DNA of 17,561 nt, from positions 1-17,561 of the forward strand of contig JBLNCY010000040.1 in NCBI GenBank assembly GCA_050261115.1, written 5' to 3'. The notes under the pieces are model-generated. The model was given only the letters and a program-made list of their open reading frames with translations, did no database searches and was not told where the DNA came from. A program made the translations under genes and the position numbers. Shown piece after piece: positions 1 through 7,739 of this stretch (position 1 is the first letter of the stretch; each line of letters opens with the position of its first letter). The stretch is from Methanocella sp. (GTDB lineage: Archaea; Thermoproteota; Bathyarchaeia; Bathyarchaeales; Bathycorpusculaceae).

Positions 1-2
1 CA

Positions 3-1034
3 GATGCAAAAGCTAATCCCAAATAAAGGGAATTGAAAGGGTGTATCTTTGCAGGTTCCGTTGCAGAGTGAAGTTCAAGATGCAAAAGCTAATCCCAAAT
101 AAAGGGAATTGAAAGCCTGCACGTTGAATGCTACGCACACGAGAAGGCGTATCCAGATGCAAAAGCTAATCCCAAATAAAGGGAATTGAAAGGGGTAGTA
201 TTTGCCGTTGAAAACTTTTGGCTTTGGATGTGATGCAAAAGCTAATCCCAAATAAAGGGAATTGAAAGTGAGTAAACCAGGCATCCTTAAGCTGTTCCTC
301 ATGGTCTATGATGCAAAAGCTAATCCCAAATAAAGGGAATTGAAAGTTTTTTGCCTGACATTTTCCACGGATCAGCCAGCGCACGATGCAAAAGCTAATC
401 CCAAATAAAGGGAATTGAAAGATTTATCGACAATATCAACAGGGGGAGAATAACCCAGCAGATGCAAAAGCTAATCCCAAATAAAGGGAATTGAAAGTCT
501 TAACCTTGGTCCAATCAAATCCATCTTGCACAATAGATGCAAAAGCTAATCCCAAATAAAGGGAATTGAAAGAAAATATACCCAGCGCTAAAGGCCGACT
601 GTGAAGCATACATGAAGATGCAAAAGCTAATCCCAAATAAAGGGAATTGAAAGTGAGATTAATTTTGTTAATTGACTTCTAAAATCGAAGTAAGATGCAA
701 AAGCTAATCCCAAATAAAGGGAATTGAAAGTTTGTTTGCATCAAAACTTATTTTCCTCCATCATTATCGGATGCAAAAGCTAATCCCAAATAAAGGGAAT
801 TGAAAGAGTCGGATTCGACGCACGCAAAACACCGATGCGCTTCAAGATGCAAAAGCTAATCCCAAATAAAGGGAATTGAAAGAGGTTCACTGATTCACAG
901 AAGTCATCAACAACCGTCTTTGGATGCAAAAGCTAATCCCAAATAAAGGGAATTGAAAGGTAAAGAAGACAGTGGTTGTCGGCACCTATCTCAAGATGAT
1001 GCAAAAGCTAATCCCAAATAAATGGATTAAGCCA
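3..1034 (+). CRISPR. CRISPR array, trailer end; 37-bp repeat GATGCAAAAGCTAATCCCAAATAAAGGGAATTGAAAG; 14 repeats and 13 spacers of 38-44 bp; probably continues beyond the left edge
   Basis: Identical repeats start at 3, 79, 156, 232, 310, 385, 461, 536, 617, 694, 770, 846 and 923. The last copy at 998 matches the first 25 nt, then degenerates (TGGATTAAGCCA), marking the leader-distal end. The 3' ATTGAAAG and the TCCC-AAATAAA-GGGA hairpin are typical of Cas6-processed class 1 repeats and orient the array on +. Confidence 0.98.
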
Positions 1035-1069
1035 GGATGTCGGTGCTCATCATTTAATGTATGCGTATA

Positions 1070-1291
1070 TCAGTGTCTTAGTCCTATGCCTACTGCTACT
1101 GCACCGATCACCATAAGCAAAATAGCTACGCCCCAATTGAAGAAGTAATCCTCAAAAATCTGCATCACTAAAACCCCAGCCGTAACTTGCTCCCTCACCA
1201 AACCAACACTATAAACAGCTATCCCACACGCAACCAGAATCAAAACAGCACCCACAACCACCAAAGGTAAACAGACAGCTTTCCTATTCAA
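1070..1291 (-). CDS. Small hypothetical membrane protein (2 predicted TM helices)
   Basis: 73-aa ORF with a TTG start and two clean hydrophobic segments (LPLVVVGAVLILVACGIAVY; WGVAILLMVIGAVAVGIGL) with basic ends. It lies downstream of, and co-oriented with, the ECF operon. Confidence 0.6.
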   Translation of the reverse strand: MNRKAVCLPLVVVGAVLILVACGIAVYSVGLVREQVTAGVLVMQIFEDYFFNWGVAILLMVIGAVAVGIGLRH

Positions 1292-1380
1292 CCTAAATGC
1301 CCTTTAGAGCAGTAATTAGCGGGTTTGCGCTTTTAGCATTTGCCATCAAACGCTCATTCAGGGCTTTAGCTGGGGCTTGA

Positions 1381-2232
1381 TTAGCAGGGTGGTTTGCTAT
1401 CTTTTTCCTTGAGTAGTTTTAGGATTGCTTCTTTGCCCTCGGCAACCGTAAGCGGCACCTCATCAATATACCCCTGTGCCTTAAGTTCGCCAAACAGATC
1501 CACAATCGTGGGCGGCTCAAGCCCTGAGGCCTCCAGTATCTGTTTGTTTTGTAGGACGCTGCTGGTTTGGCCCTCTAAGAGTTTCTGGCCGTGGCTGATG
1601 ATTATGACGCGGTCAGCTATTTCGGGTATCGCTTCGGCGTCGTGAGTGGAGATGATAATGGTTGTGCCTGCTTTGCTTAGTTCGTTTAGGGTGTCAATTA
1701 AGCCTCTTCGGGAGGCGAGGTCTAAATTGGCTGTGGGCTCATCTAAAATCAGCAGCTCAGGCTTAAGTACCAAGGCGGTTGCCAGAGAAACTTTCTTTTT
1801 TTCGCCAAAACTTAGCCGATGCGGCGGGCGATCCCGGAGGTGAGTGATACCCATTTTGTCTAGGACATGGTTGCTGCGTTGTTTGATGTCTTCTTCGGGT
1901 AGCTTTAGGTTTTTAGGGCCATATTCCACGTCCTCAATTACGCTGGGGGTGAAGAGTTGGTCGTCGGGGTCTTGGAATACTATGCCGATGCGGCTGCGGA
2001 ACTTTTGAAAGTCCTTGGCGGTGGTTTTTTGGCCAAAGACCCTGATTTCGCCGTTCTTAGACGTCAGTAATCCAGCGATTAAGAGTATAAGGGTTGATTT
2101 GCCTGAACCGTTTGGGCCAAGCAACGCGACCCGTTCGCCCTGCTTTATGTCAAACGATATGCCATGTAGTGCTTCGACGCCGGCGGGGTAGCTGAATTTG
2201 ATGTCTTTTGCGGAAACGATGGGTTCAGACAC
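1381..2232 (-). CDS. cbiO: ECF transporter ATPase (NikO/CbiO family)
   Basis: Walker A GPNGSGKST, ECF-type Q-loop VFQDPDDQLF, signature LSFGEKKK, Walker B LILDEPT, H-loop STHD. Confidence 0.93.
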   Translation of the reverse strand: MSEPIVSAKDIKFSYPAGVEALHGISFDIKQGERVALLGPNGSGKSTLILLIAGLLTSKNGEIRVFGQKTTAKDFQKFRSRIGIVFQDPDDQLFTPSVIEDVEYGPKNLKLPEEDIKQRSNHVLDKMGITHLRDRPPHRLSFGEKKKVSLATALVLKPELLILDEPTANLDLASRRGLIDTLNELSKAGTTIIISTHDAEAIPEIADRVIIISHGQKLLEGQTSSVLQNKQILEASGLEPPTIVDLFGELKAQGYIDEVPLTVAEGKEAILKLLKEKDSKPPC

Positions 2233-2243
2233 AAGGCTTTCTC

Positions 2244-3056
2244 CTAAAGCAAAGCTATAGCGGCAAAAGCGACTATTATTGATGACGCAAACATGACATC
2301 ACGTACACGGAGTTTTGGCATGGTCTCTTTGGTTTCTGCTTCGATTTGGAAGCCTCGAGCCTTCATGGCTAAGTATACCCGCTCTGAGCGCTCGTATGTG
2401 CGGATGAATAGCGAAGCGATGATTGCGCCGAGGTCTTTTAGTGATTGGAAGTTTAGGTTGCGTTTGGGGACGTAGGTGCGGGCTTCTTTGGCAATCAGTA
2501 CGCTTTGGGCTTCCTCGATGGAAACGAAGAAGTAGCGATAGGTTAAGCTGAAAAGCTGAATGATCAGAGTTGGGACTCTTATGGTTGCGAGTAACTTGAT
2601 GGTTTTTTCAAAGCCTGTTGAGAGCACAAGCAGGATTAGGGAGGCAACACAGAACCATACCCGAACAGTAAACACAGCCGCCCTCAGCAGACCCTCCATG
2701 GTTATCACAAGGTTCAGGCCGCCTAGACTGGTTGCCCAGACCGCATTGCCCGGAGTGAGGAATACTGTTAGCGAAGAAAGTACCGCAGCAAAAATCGTAA
2801 TCATGGCTGTTCTTAGCAAGAACTGCCTAAGCGGAATCCTAGAGGTTAAGGCAAGCACTAGCGGGATAATGCAGATAGCAAGCAACACTGTGAGGTTGGC
2901 TATGAAAAGCGAAGCAACAATCATCCCGACGATCGCGACAAGTTTGGCGAGGGGATTGATGGCTTGCATGAGCCCCCGCTTTTCGCTTAGGTCTTGAACA
3001 TAAACTAGCGACTCGACGCTTTCGGTGAGGTCTCTTAGGGATTGGGGTACCTTCAT
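2244..3056 (-). CDS. cbiQ: ECF transporter T component (NikQ/CbiQ family)
   Basis: N-terminal INPLAKL, multiple TM helices, LTYRYF, and the two conserved Ala-Arg motifs (AKEAR; YLAMKARGF). Overlaps the upstream gene (ATGA). Confidence 0.92.
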   Translation of the reverse strand: MKVPQSLRDLTESVESLVYVQDLSEKRGLMQAINPLAKLVAIVGMIVASLFIANLTVLLAICIIPLVLALTSRIPLRQFLLRTAMITIFAAVLSSLTVFLTPGNAVWATSLGGLNLVITMEGLLRAAVFTVRVWFCVASLILLVLSTGFEKTIKLLATIRVPTLIIQLFSLTYRYFFVSIEEAQSVLIAKEARTYVPKRNLNFQSLKDLGAIIASLFIRTYERSERVYLAMKARGFQIEAETKETMPKLRVRDVMFASSIIVAFAAIALL

Positions 3057-3355
3057 GGCTTTACACTCTTCTTTTTCTGAAATACCTTAGCGGCGGCTAT
3101 TCCTGCTAGAAACAGCAGAAATGTCGCTGCCACTCCAACAATTAATGCAACCCACTGATTATCCGAACCGCCCAGAGTGTAGTCAGCGAAGGGCGCCTCA
3201 AAAATGGGCTGTTCCTCTGCCCCCAACTCTTCAGCCTTCATATCAAAAGTCTCATAGGCATAAGAGAGCACAAACGTGCCCAGTACGACAAAAACTAAAG
3301 CGACAACTAAACCTGCTAGAACCAGTTTTTTGTTACTTTTTTTGGGGGTTGCCAT
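3053..3355 (-). CDS. nikN: Ni/Co ECF auxiliary membrane subunit (NikN / PDGLE-domain-like)
   Basis: 100 aa, two TM helices flanking an acidic loop ending in APFADY. Located between the M and Q genes. Confidence 0.75.
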   Translation of the reverse strand: MATPKKSNKKLVLAGLVVALVFVVLGTFVLSYAYETFDMKAEELGAEEQPIFEAPFADYTLGGSDNQWVALIVGVAATFLLFLAGIAAAKVFQKKKSVKP

Positions 3356-4045
3356 TTATGCCTCCTCCTGTGATTTGTGTGAGAATAGGCTAAGGTTGCC
3401 CAGAATTGGGCTTGCCTGCAAAACGTCTGGGCGGAGCTTTAGCAGGGTGCCTATGATGATTACTGCAACCACGCCTTCTGCAACGCCGATTATCGAGTGA
3501 TTAATCGCCATAGCCGGCAAGGTAACCTCTAACCCATACTGGAATAAACCCTGGGATAGACTAAGTTCAACCGCAGCAGCCAACGCCGCAAGCAAATCGC
3601 CGACGAATGCCGAAACAAAGACCACGCCGAGAACTGCGTTGGTTGATTTGGGTTTGAGGGTTTTGTTTAGTCCGTAGAATAGTCCGCAGGGGATGAATAC
3701 GCCTATGATTGCGATGTTGAGTACGTTGGCTCCGAGTGCGATGATTCCGCCATCTCCAAACAGCAGGGCCTGTAATACTAGGATTATGGTCATGGATATG
3801 CAGCCTGCAAAGGGGCCAAGGATTAAGCCGATTACTGCGGCGCCTAGCAGGTGGGCTGTTGTGCCAAATAGGACGGGGTAGTTGGCAAACATGGCGGCAA
3901 AAAAAAGCGCAGTCAAGAGTCCCATCATGGGGACTTGATGTTCGGTCAGTTTTACTTTTCTGGCGGAGATGACCCAAAAGATGGCTGTGATTACAAAGGC
4001 TGCTATGGAAACGGGCAGTGTGAGGTATCCGTCGGGTATGTGCAT
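3356..4045 (-). CDS. nikM: Ni/Co ECF substrate-binding S component (NikM/CbiM family; N-terminus of the nickel type)
   Basis: Metal-binding N-terminus MHIPDGYL, GTTAHLLG, QALLFGDGG and LGAN motifs. GGAGGAG RBS at ~4055-4061. Confidence 0.92.
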   Translation of the reverse strand: MHIPDGYLTLPVSIAAFVITAIFWVISARKVKLTEHQVPMMGLLTALFFAAMFANYPVLFGTTAHLLGAAVIGLILGPFAGCISMTIILVLQALLFGDGGIIALGANVLNIAIIGVFIPCGLFYGLNKTLKPKSTNAVLGVVFVSAFVGDLLAALAAAVELSLSQGLFQYGLEVTLPAMAINHSIIGVAEGVVAVIIIGTLLKLRPDVLQASPILGNLSLFSHKSQEEA

Positions 4046-4062
4046 ATGTTAAGTCTCCTCCA

Positions 4063-4090
4063 GTAACACGATAGATGGAAGAAGTGTTAC
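4063..4090. promoter_or_regulatory. NikR-like operator 1 (GTAACAC-N14-GTGTTAC, i.e. 6-N16-6)
   Basis: Perfect 7-bp inverted arms spanning 28 bp, the same geometry as the E. coli NikR site GTATGA-N16-TCATAC. Immediately upstream of the nikM RBS. Confidence 0.75.
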
Positions 4091-4093
4091 GGT

Positions 4094-4121
4094 GTAATAA
4101 ACTTTTGTGACTTCGTGCTAC
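4094..4121. promoter_or_regulatory. NikR-like operator 2 (GTAATA-N16-TGCTAC) overlapping the nikM BRE/TATA (minus strand AAAAGTTTATTA, 4095-4106)
   Basis: Second 28-bp imperfect palindrome with the same spacing, 3 bp from operator 1. It covers an archaeal TATA-like element. Confidence 0.65.
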
Positions 4122-4190
4122 CAAAACAACAACCAAACAACAAATATCAGACAAAAAGCCAAAATAACCCATGAGAAGGGGGGGGAGCGC

Positions 4191-4973
4191 TCATTTACGG
4201 AATTTCGCCGTGCGATTAGCAATCAAAGCCGCCACCGCACCCGCAGCCACCCCACCATCAATATTCACAACCGCCAACCCCAGAGAACAAGACTGCAACA
4301 TAGCCATAAGTGTGCTGACGCCTTTGGCGCCAAAACCGTAACTATTCGAGGTCGGCACAGCAATAACCGGTACATCAACCAACCCCGACACAACCGAAGC
4401 CAAGGCACCCTCACGCCCAGCCACAACCACCACCACATCAACCTCCTCCTCGATAATCTGCTTTAGAGGTTCAAGTAGGCGGTGGATTCCTGCCACACCC
4501 ACATCGTAGGCGGCTGTGACTTTACAGCCCATCTCTTCTGCAATGGTTTTGGCTTCTTCGGCTACCGGTATGTCGCTTGTCCCCGCTGTTAGTATACCCA
4601 CTCGGCCACCATTATTCGCAGCGACGTAGTCTTGTTTTTTGAGGATGGCCATGTTGGCGCGTTCTTTGATTTCGACTTGTAAGCCATCGGTTGGGATCGC
4701 CTTGATTGCGTCTAGGTGTTCTTTGCTGCATCTGCTAACTATGACGCGGCCGTTGTGGGAGAGCATGGTTTTGCAGATTTCAATCACATCAGCAGGTAAC
4801 TTGCCCTCCGCCAAAATCACCTCGGGCACACCCTTGCGTAGTTCACGGTTGCCGTCAAGCTTCGCTATGCAACCCAACTCCGCTACCGATGAGAGCCGCA
4901 GCATCTTTTCGGCTTCCTCGACAGAGAGTTCGTTACGAGAAACTTTGGCTAGAATCTCTTTTAGCGATGGCAT
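4191..4973 (-). CDS. larB: Nickel-pincer cofactor biosynthesis protein LarB (NaAD carboxylase/hydrolase, PurE-like domain)
   Basis: Motifs RELRKGVPEVI, AGTSDIPVAEEA, DVGVAGIHRL, AGREGALASV, PVIAVPTS and VVNIDGG. Adjacent to larC and larE. Confidence 0.95.
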   Translation of the reverse strand: MPSLKEILAKVSRNELSVEEAEKMLRLSSVAELGCIAKLDGNRELRKGVPEVILAEGKLPADVIEICKTMLSHNGRVIVSRCSKEHLDAIKAIPTDGLQVEIKERANMAILKKQDYVAANNGGRVGILTAGTSDIPVAEEAKTIAEEMGCKVTAAYDVGVAGIHRLLEPLKQIIEEEVDVVVVVAGREGALASVVSGLVDVPVIAVPTSNSYGFGAKGVSTLMAMLQSCSLGLAVVNIDGGVAAGAVAALIANRTAKFRK

Positions 4974-5048
4974 AAATAGAGATACTTTAAAAACGGTTAA
5001 ATAATATATCTATTATGCTTGCTTGCTAAATCGCTTCTGGTGCTCTAT
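4974..5048. promoter_or_regulatory. Divergent larB / larCE promoter region
   Basis: 75-bp AT-rich gap between divergent starts containing TATA-like elements (TTTAAAAA, TTAAATA, TATATC). Confidence 0.5.
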
Positions 5049-6305
5049 ATGTCTAAGAGAATTCTTGTTATCGATCCATCTGCTTCTGGCGTTGCGGGAG
5101 ATATGCTGCTGGGTGCATTGCTGGATTTAGGCGCGAATGTGGAGAGGGTGATTTCAGCCATAAGAACCCTTGAGGCCCCCGAATACGGCTACCGCCACAT
5201 CGACATAGCCATCGACGAAGTCCACCGAGGCATGTTCCGCGCCACCCAAATAGATGTCACCTCAACCCACACAGAAAAACACCACCCAACCGAACTGATT
5301 GACATCGTCGAGAAGGCAGCCAAAGGCATCTACATGACAGACGCCGCACGCACCTACGCATCAAAAGTCATCCGCACCCTAACCCAAGCCGAAACCCAAC
5401 TCCACCGAACCAACACCGACGACATGCACCTGCATGAAGTGGCCAAGGTGGATACAGCAGCGGAAATCATCGGCTGCGCAGTCGCCCTAGACGACCTACA
5501 CATGTTTGAGCCCCAAAACAAGGTCTACTCGACCCCCCTGGCGGTCGGCGGCGGCATCTTCAAATTCTCACACGGCATCACCACCGCACCCTCACCGGCG
5601 ACGCTGGCAATTCTCCAATCCAAAACGTTTCCATTTCACGGCGGCCCCATCGAGAGGGAACTCGCCACCCCGACAGGCGCCGCATTGCTTGTGAACCTCG
5701 CTGAACCCCTAAACGTCTACCCTGCCATAGTCCCCCGAAAAGTTGGGTGTGGCGCTGGCACAAACGAGTACCTTGGGTTACCAGCAGTCCTACGTCTAAC
5801 CCTGGGCGAAGCACCCCAAGGTACCCATTCGCGGGACGAGGTCGCCGTCTTAGAAACCAACCTAGATGATGCCACAGGCGAAATCCTCGGCTACACCATC
5901 GACCGGCTGCTTGCCGAAGGCGCCAAAGACGTAAGCATACTGTCGGCGGTCACCAAAAAGAGTCGCCCCGCCCACCTCATCAGAGTTATCGCGGACCAAA
6001 AAGACGTCGCCCGCCTCTCTGATGTTTTGGTTACGGAGACGGGAACATTAGGCGTTAGAGTTTACTACTGCGAACGCCACATCATCAGTAGGGAACAGCT
6101 TATGGTGGATCTGCTTGTTTTGGGGAATAAGGAGACGGTGCGTGTTAAAGTCTCCAAGAACTCCCGGGGGGAAGTTATCCGCATTAAACCCGAGTTCGAA
6201 GACCTTAAGCGGTTGGCGGAGAAGACTAGGCGGCCGCTGCGGGAGCTTATGGATTTGGCGGTTTCTCAAACGCAGCAGGGGTTCTTTAAGGAAGCGCAGG
6301 AATAA
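5049..6305 (+). CDS. larC: Nickel insertase LarC (CTP-dependent cyclometallase), single full-length ORF
   Basis: Motifs SGVAGDMLLGALLDLG, HLHEV, HG..PSPAT, ELATPTGAA, LETNLDD.TGE, KKSRP, ETGTLGVR and KPEFED. The ATG at 5049 is preferred over the TTG at 5019. Confidence 0.95.
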   Translation: MSKRILVIDPSASGVAGDMLLGALLDLGANVERVISAIRTLEAPEYGYRHIDIAIDEVHRGMFRATQIDVTSTHTEKHHPTELIDIVEKAAKGIYMTDAARTYASKVIRTLTQAETQLHRTNTDDMHLHEVAKVDTAAEIIGCAVALDDLHMFEPQNKVYSTPLAVGGGIFKFSHGITTAPSPATLAILQSKTFPFHGGPIERELATPTGAALLVNLAEPLNVYPAIVPRKVGCGAGTNEYLGLPAVLRLTLGEAPQGTHSRDEVAVLETNLDDATGEILGYTIDRLLAEGAKDVSILSAVTKKSRPAHLIRVIADQKDVARLSDVLVTETGTLGVRVYYCERHIISREQLMVDLLVLGNKETVRVKVSKNSRGEVIRIKPEFEDLKRLAEKTRRPLRELMDLAVSQTQQGFFKEAQE

Positions 6306-6307
6306 AC

Positions 6308-7138
6308 ATGCAGCAGCTAGATTCAAAGCTTGAGGAACTCAAAAAATTCATCCTACAGAAAGGCCAGGGCGGCGTGGTTATTGCGTTTAGTGGCGGGGTG
6401 GATAGCACAACACTTGCCGCCATCACCTACCAACTGCTTGGCGATAGGGCGGTTGCGGTTATAGCACAGTCCCCCACCTACACCCGCACGGAAATGCAGC
6501 AGGCCAAACAGGTCGCCCAAGAGATAGGTATCAAACTCTACGTCACCCTAACCGATGAACTAGACAACCCCCACTTCAACCAGAACCCCGAAAACCGATG
6601 CTACTACTGCAAAAAAGAACTCCTAACAAAACTAAAACAATTCGCCCACCAACATGGCTTTGGCGCAGTGTTTGAGGGCACCAACTACAGCGACCTAAGC
6701 GACCACCGCCCCGGATTTAAGGCAGTTGAGGAAACTGAGGGCGTCTATAGTCCCTGGGCTGCGATGGGGTTTAGCAAAGAAGAAGTGCGCCAAGTAGCCA
6801 AAGACATAGGCTTAACGGCGCATGACAAGCCTGCTTCGGCATGTCTTGCGTCCCGTATCCCCTTCAATGAATCCATAACCGCCGAGAAGCTGCGCCGCAT
6901 AGAAGAAGCCGAAAACGCGATTCGCAAACTGCTAGGCGTTAGGCAGTTGAGGGTTCGTGATCATAATGGGTTGGCTCGTATTGAAGTCGGCGCCGGCGAG
7001 CGGCACTTGTTCTTTAATGTCGATAAGTTGGATATGGTTGCTGCTAGGCTTAAGCGGTTGGGTTTTAGGTATGTGGCGTTGGATTTGGAGGGGTATCGGA
7101 GCGGTAGCATGCTGGATGGGCTAAAAAGAGACTCTTAG
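6308..7138 (+). CDS. larE: ATP-dependent sulfur insertase LarE (PP-loop)
   Basis: Motifs AFSGGVDST, NPENRCYYCK, EGTN.SD..DHRPG, SACLASRIP, LRVRDH...ARIE and DLEGYRSGS. Starts 2 bp after the larC stop. Confidence 0.95.
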   Translation: MQQLDSKLEELKKFILQKGQGGVVIAFSGGVDSTTLAAITYQLLGDRAVAVIAQSPTYTRTEMQQAKQVAQEIGIKLYVTLTDELDNPHFNQNPENRCYYCKKELLTKLKQFAHQHGFGAVFEGTNYSDLSDHRPGFKAVEETEGVYSPWAAMGFSKEEVRQVAKDIGLTAHDKPASACLASRIPFNESITAEKLRRIEEAENAIRKLLGVRQLRVRDHNGLARIEVGAGERHLFFNVDKLDMVAARLKRLGFRYVALDLEGYRSGSMLDGLKRDS

Positions 7139-7158
7139 ACGCCTCAACTGCGATACGG

Positions 7159-7175
7159 AAAACAAAGTTTGTTTT
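7159..7175. terminator. Palindromic A/T tract, possible bidirectional terminator between larE and the convergent ncRNA unit
   Basis: AAAACAAA-G-TTTGTTTT gives a T-rich tract on both strands, 20 bp after the larE stop. Confidence 0.4.
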
Positions 7176-7243
7176 GGGTCTGGAGGAAGCGGATTCTCTA
7201 CTCTGGGGAGTTTGCCATCTTAAAATTAGGTTTGAGAGAGGGT

Positions 7244-7391
7244 GCCGGGTTGAGTCTAAACCCCACATCAATCACTGGTCTTCTTTAGCACTTGACAAAG
7301 CCGTATCCATTTGATGTTATCTCTTGGACGGTCTTTAGCAGTTACCAAAGAGTCAACCTTGTGTTGTTGTGAAGCGTGTTCCTCAACCGGC
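7244..7391 (-). ncRNA. Candidate structured ncRNA copy 1; BHB motif enclosing a predicted 120-nt excised RNA (7256-7375)
   Basis: Minus strand: outer helix GGUUGAG/CUCAACC, 4-bp central helix GAAC/GUUU, 3-nt bulges ACG and AGA, inner helix CU(U)CACA/UGUGGG. Further internal stems UGGU/ACCA and AAAG(A)CCGU/ACGGCUUU. G-U pairs favour the minus strand. Confidence 0.65.
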
Positions 7392-7535
7392 AAACATTCT
7401 TTTCGTTGCATCGGATATATCGATATGTGACTGCAACCTGCTAGCAACAACCGCCCCGAAAGGTTAAGCGGTATCTGAACTGTAAAAAATTCAGCAATTT
7501 CAAAAGGGTCTGGCGGAGTGGTCGAGAAAAAGTTT

Positions 7536-7672
7536 GGGTTGAGTCTAAACCTCACCTTGCAGGTATTTGACCAGAGGTTCTTACCAAGACCATTCTTCGA
7601 ACACTCTAAGTTTGGTCTTTAATAGCTACCCATGGTCTATACATCTGCCATGTGAAGCCTGTTCCTCAACCC
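7536..7672 (-). ncRNA. Candidate structured ncRNA copy 2; BHB motif enclosing a predicted 114-nt excised RNA (7545-7658)
   Basis: Minus strand: GGGUUGAG/CUCAACCC, GAAC/GUUU, bulges AGG and AGA, inner helix CU(U)CAC/GUGAG. Internal stems GCAG/CUGC, GGUA/UACC and AAGACCA/UGGUCUU. Confidence 0.65.
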
Positions 7673-7739
7673 AGAACAATAAACCTCAACGATACCCTAT
7701 AATTTTATGTTGGTGACTCCAGTTAGCAACAACACACCC

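Noticed and set aside
599-607. Spacer 8 shares CTGTGAAGC with the sRNA at ~11023
   Set aside because: Only 9 nt; expected by chance and not self-targeting.
75-636. Three minus-strand ORFs with repeated peptides (FNSLYLGLAFAS, FQFPLFGISFC)
   Set aside because: They are translations of the CRISPR repeats.
7504-7523. TGGCGGAGTGGTC resembling a tRNA 5' half or split tRNA
   Set aside because: No matching D-stem 3' strand, anticodon arm or T-arm follows, and the counterpart in unit 1 lacks the motif.
7268-7555. 95-aa minus-strand ORF across ncRNA copy 1 (and ORF 7065-7271)
   Set aside because: The equivalent frame in copy 2 stops early, and conservation follows base pairing rather than codons.
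7256-7658. Rolling-circle translation of the predicted circles (120 and 114 nt are multiples of 3), or an mRNA restored by splicing
   Set aside because: All three frames of both circles contain stops. The spliced exons give only a short peptide in copy 1 with no counterpart in copy 2.
7244-7672. Identity as 5S rRNA, C/D-box sRNA, NiCo, lysine or fluoride riboswitch, or a known ribozyme
   Set aside because: I could not find their diagnostic motifs by eye, and no downstream co-oriented gene is positioned to be regulated. An Rfam search is still needed.
7244-7672. MITE interpretation of the terminal inverted repeats
   Set aside because: No target-site duplications, conserved blocks extend outside the inverted repeats, and G-U-dependent pairing points to RNA. 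Disfavoured but not fully excluded.
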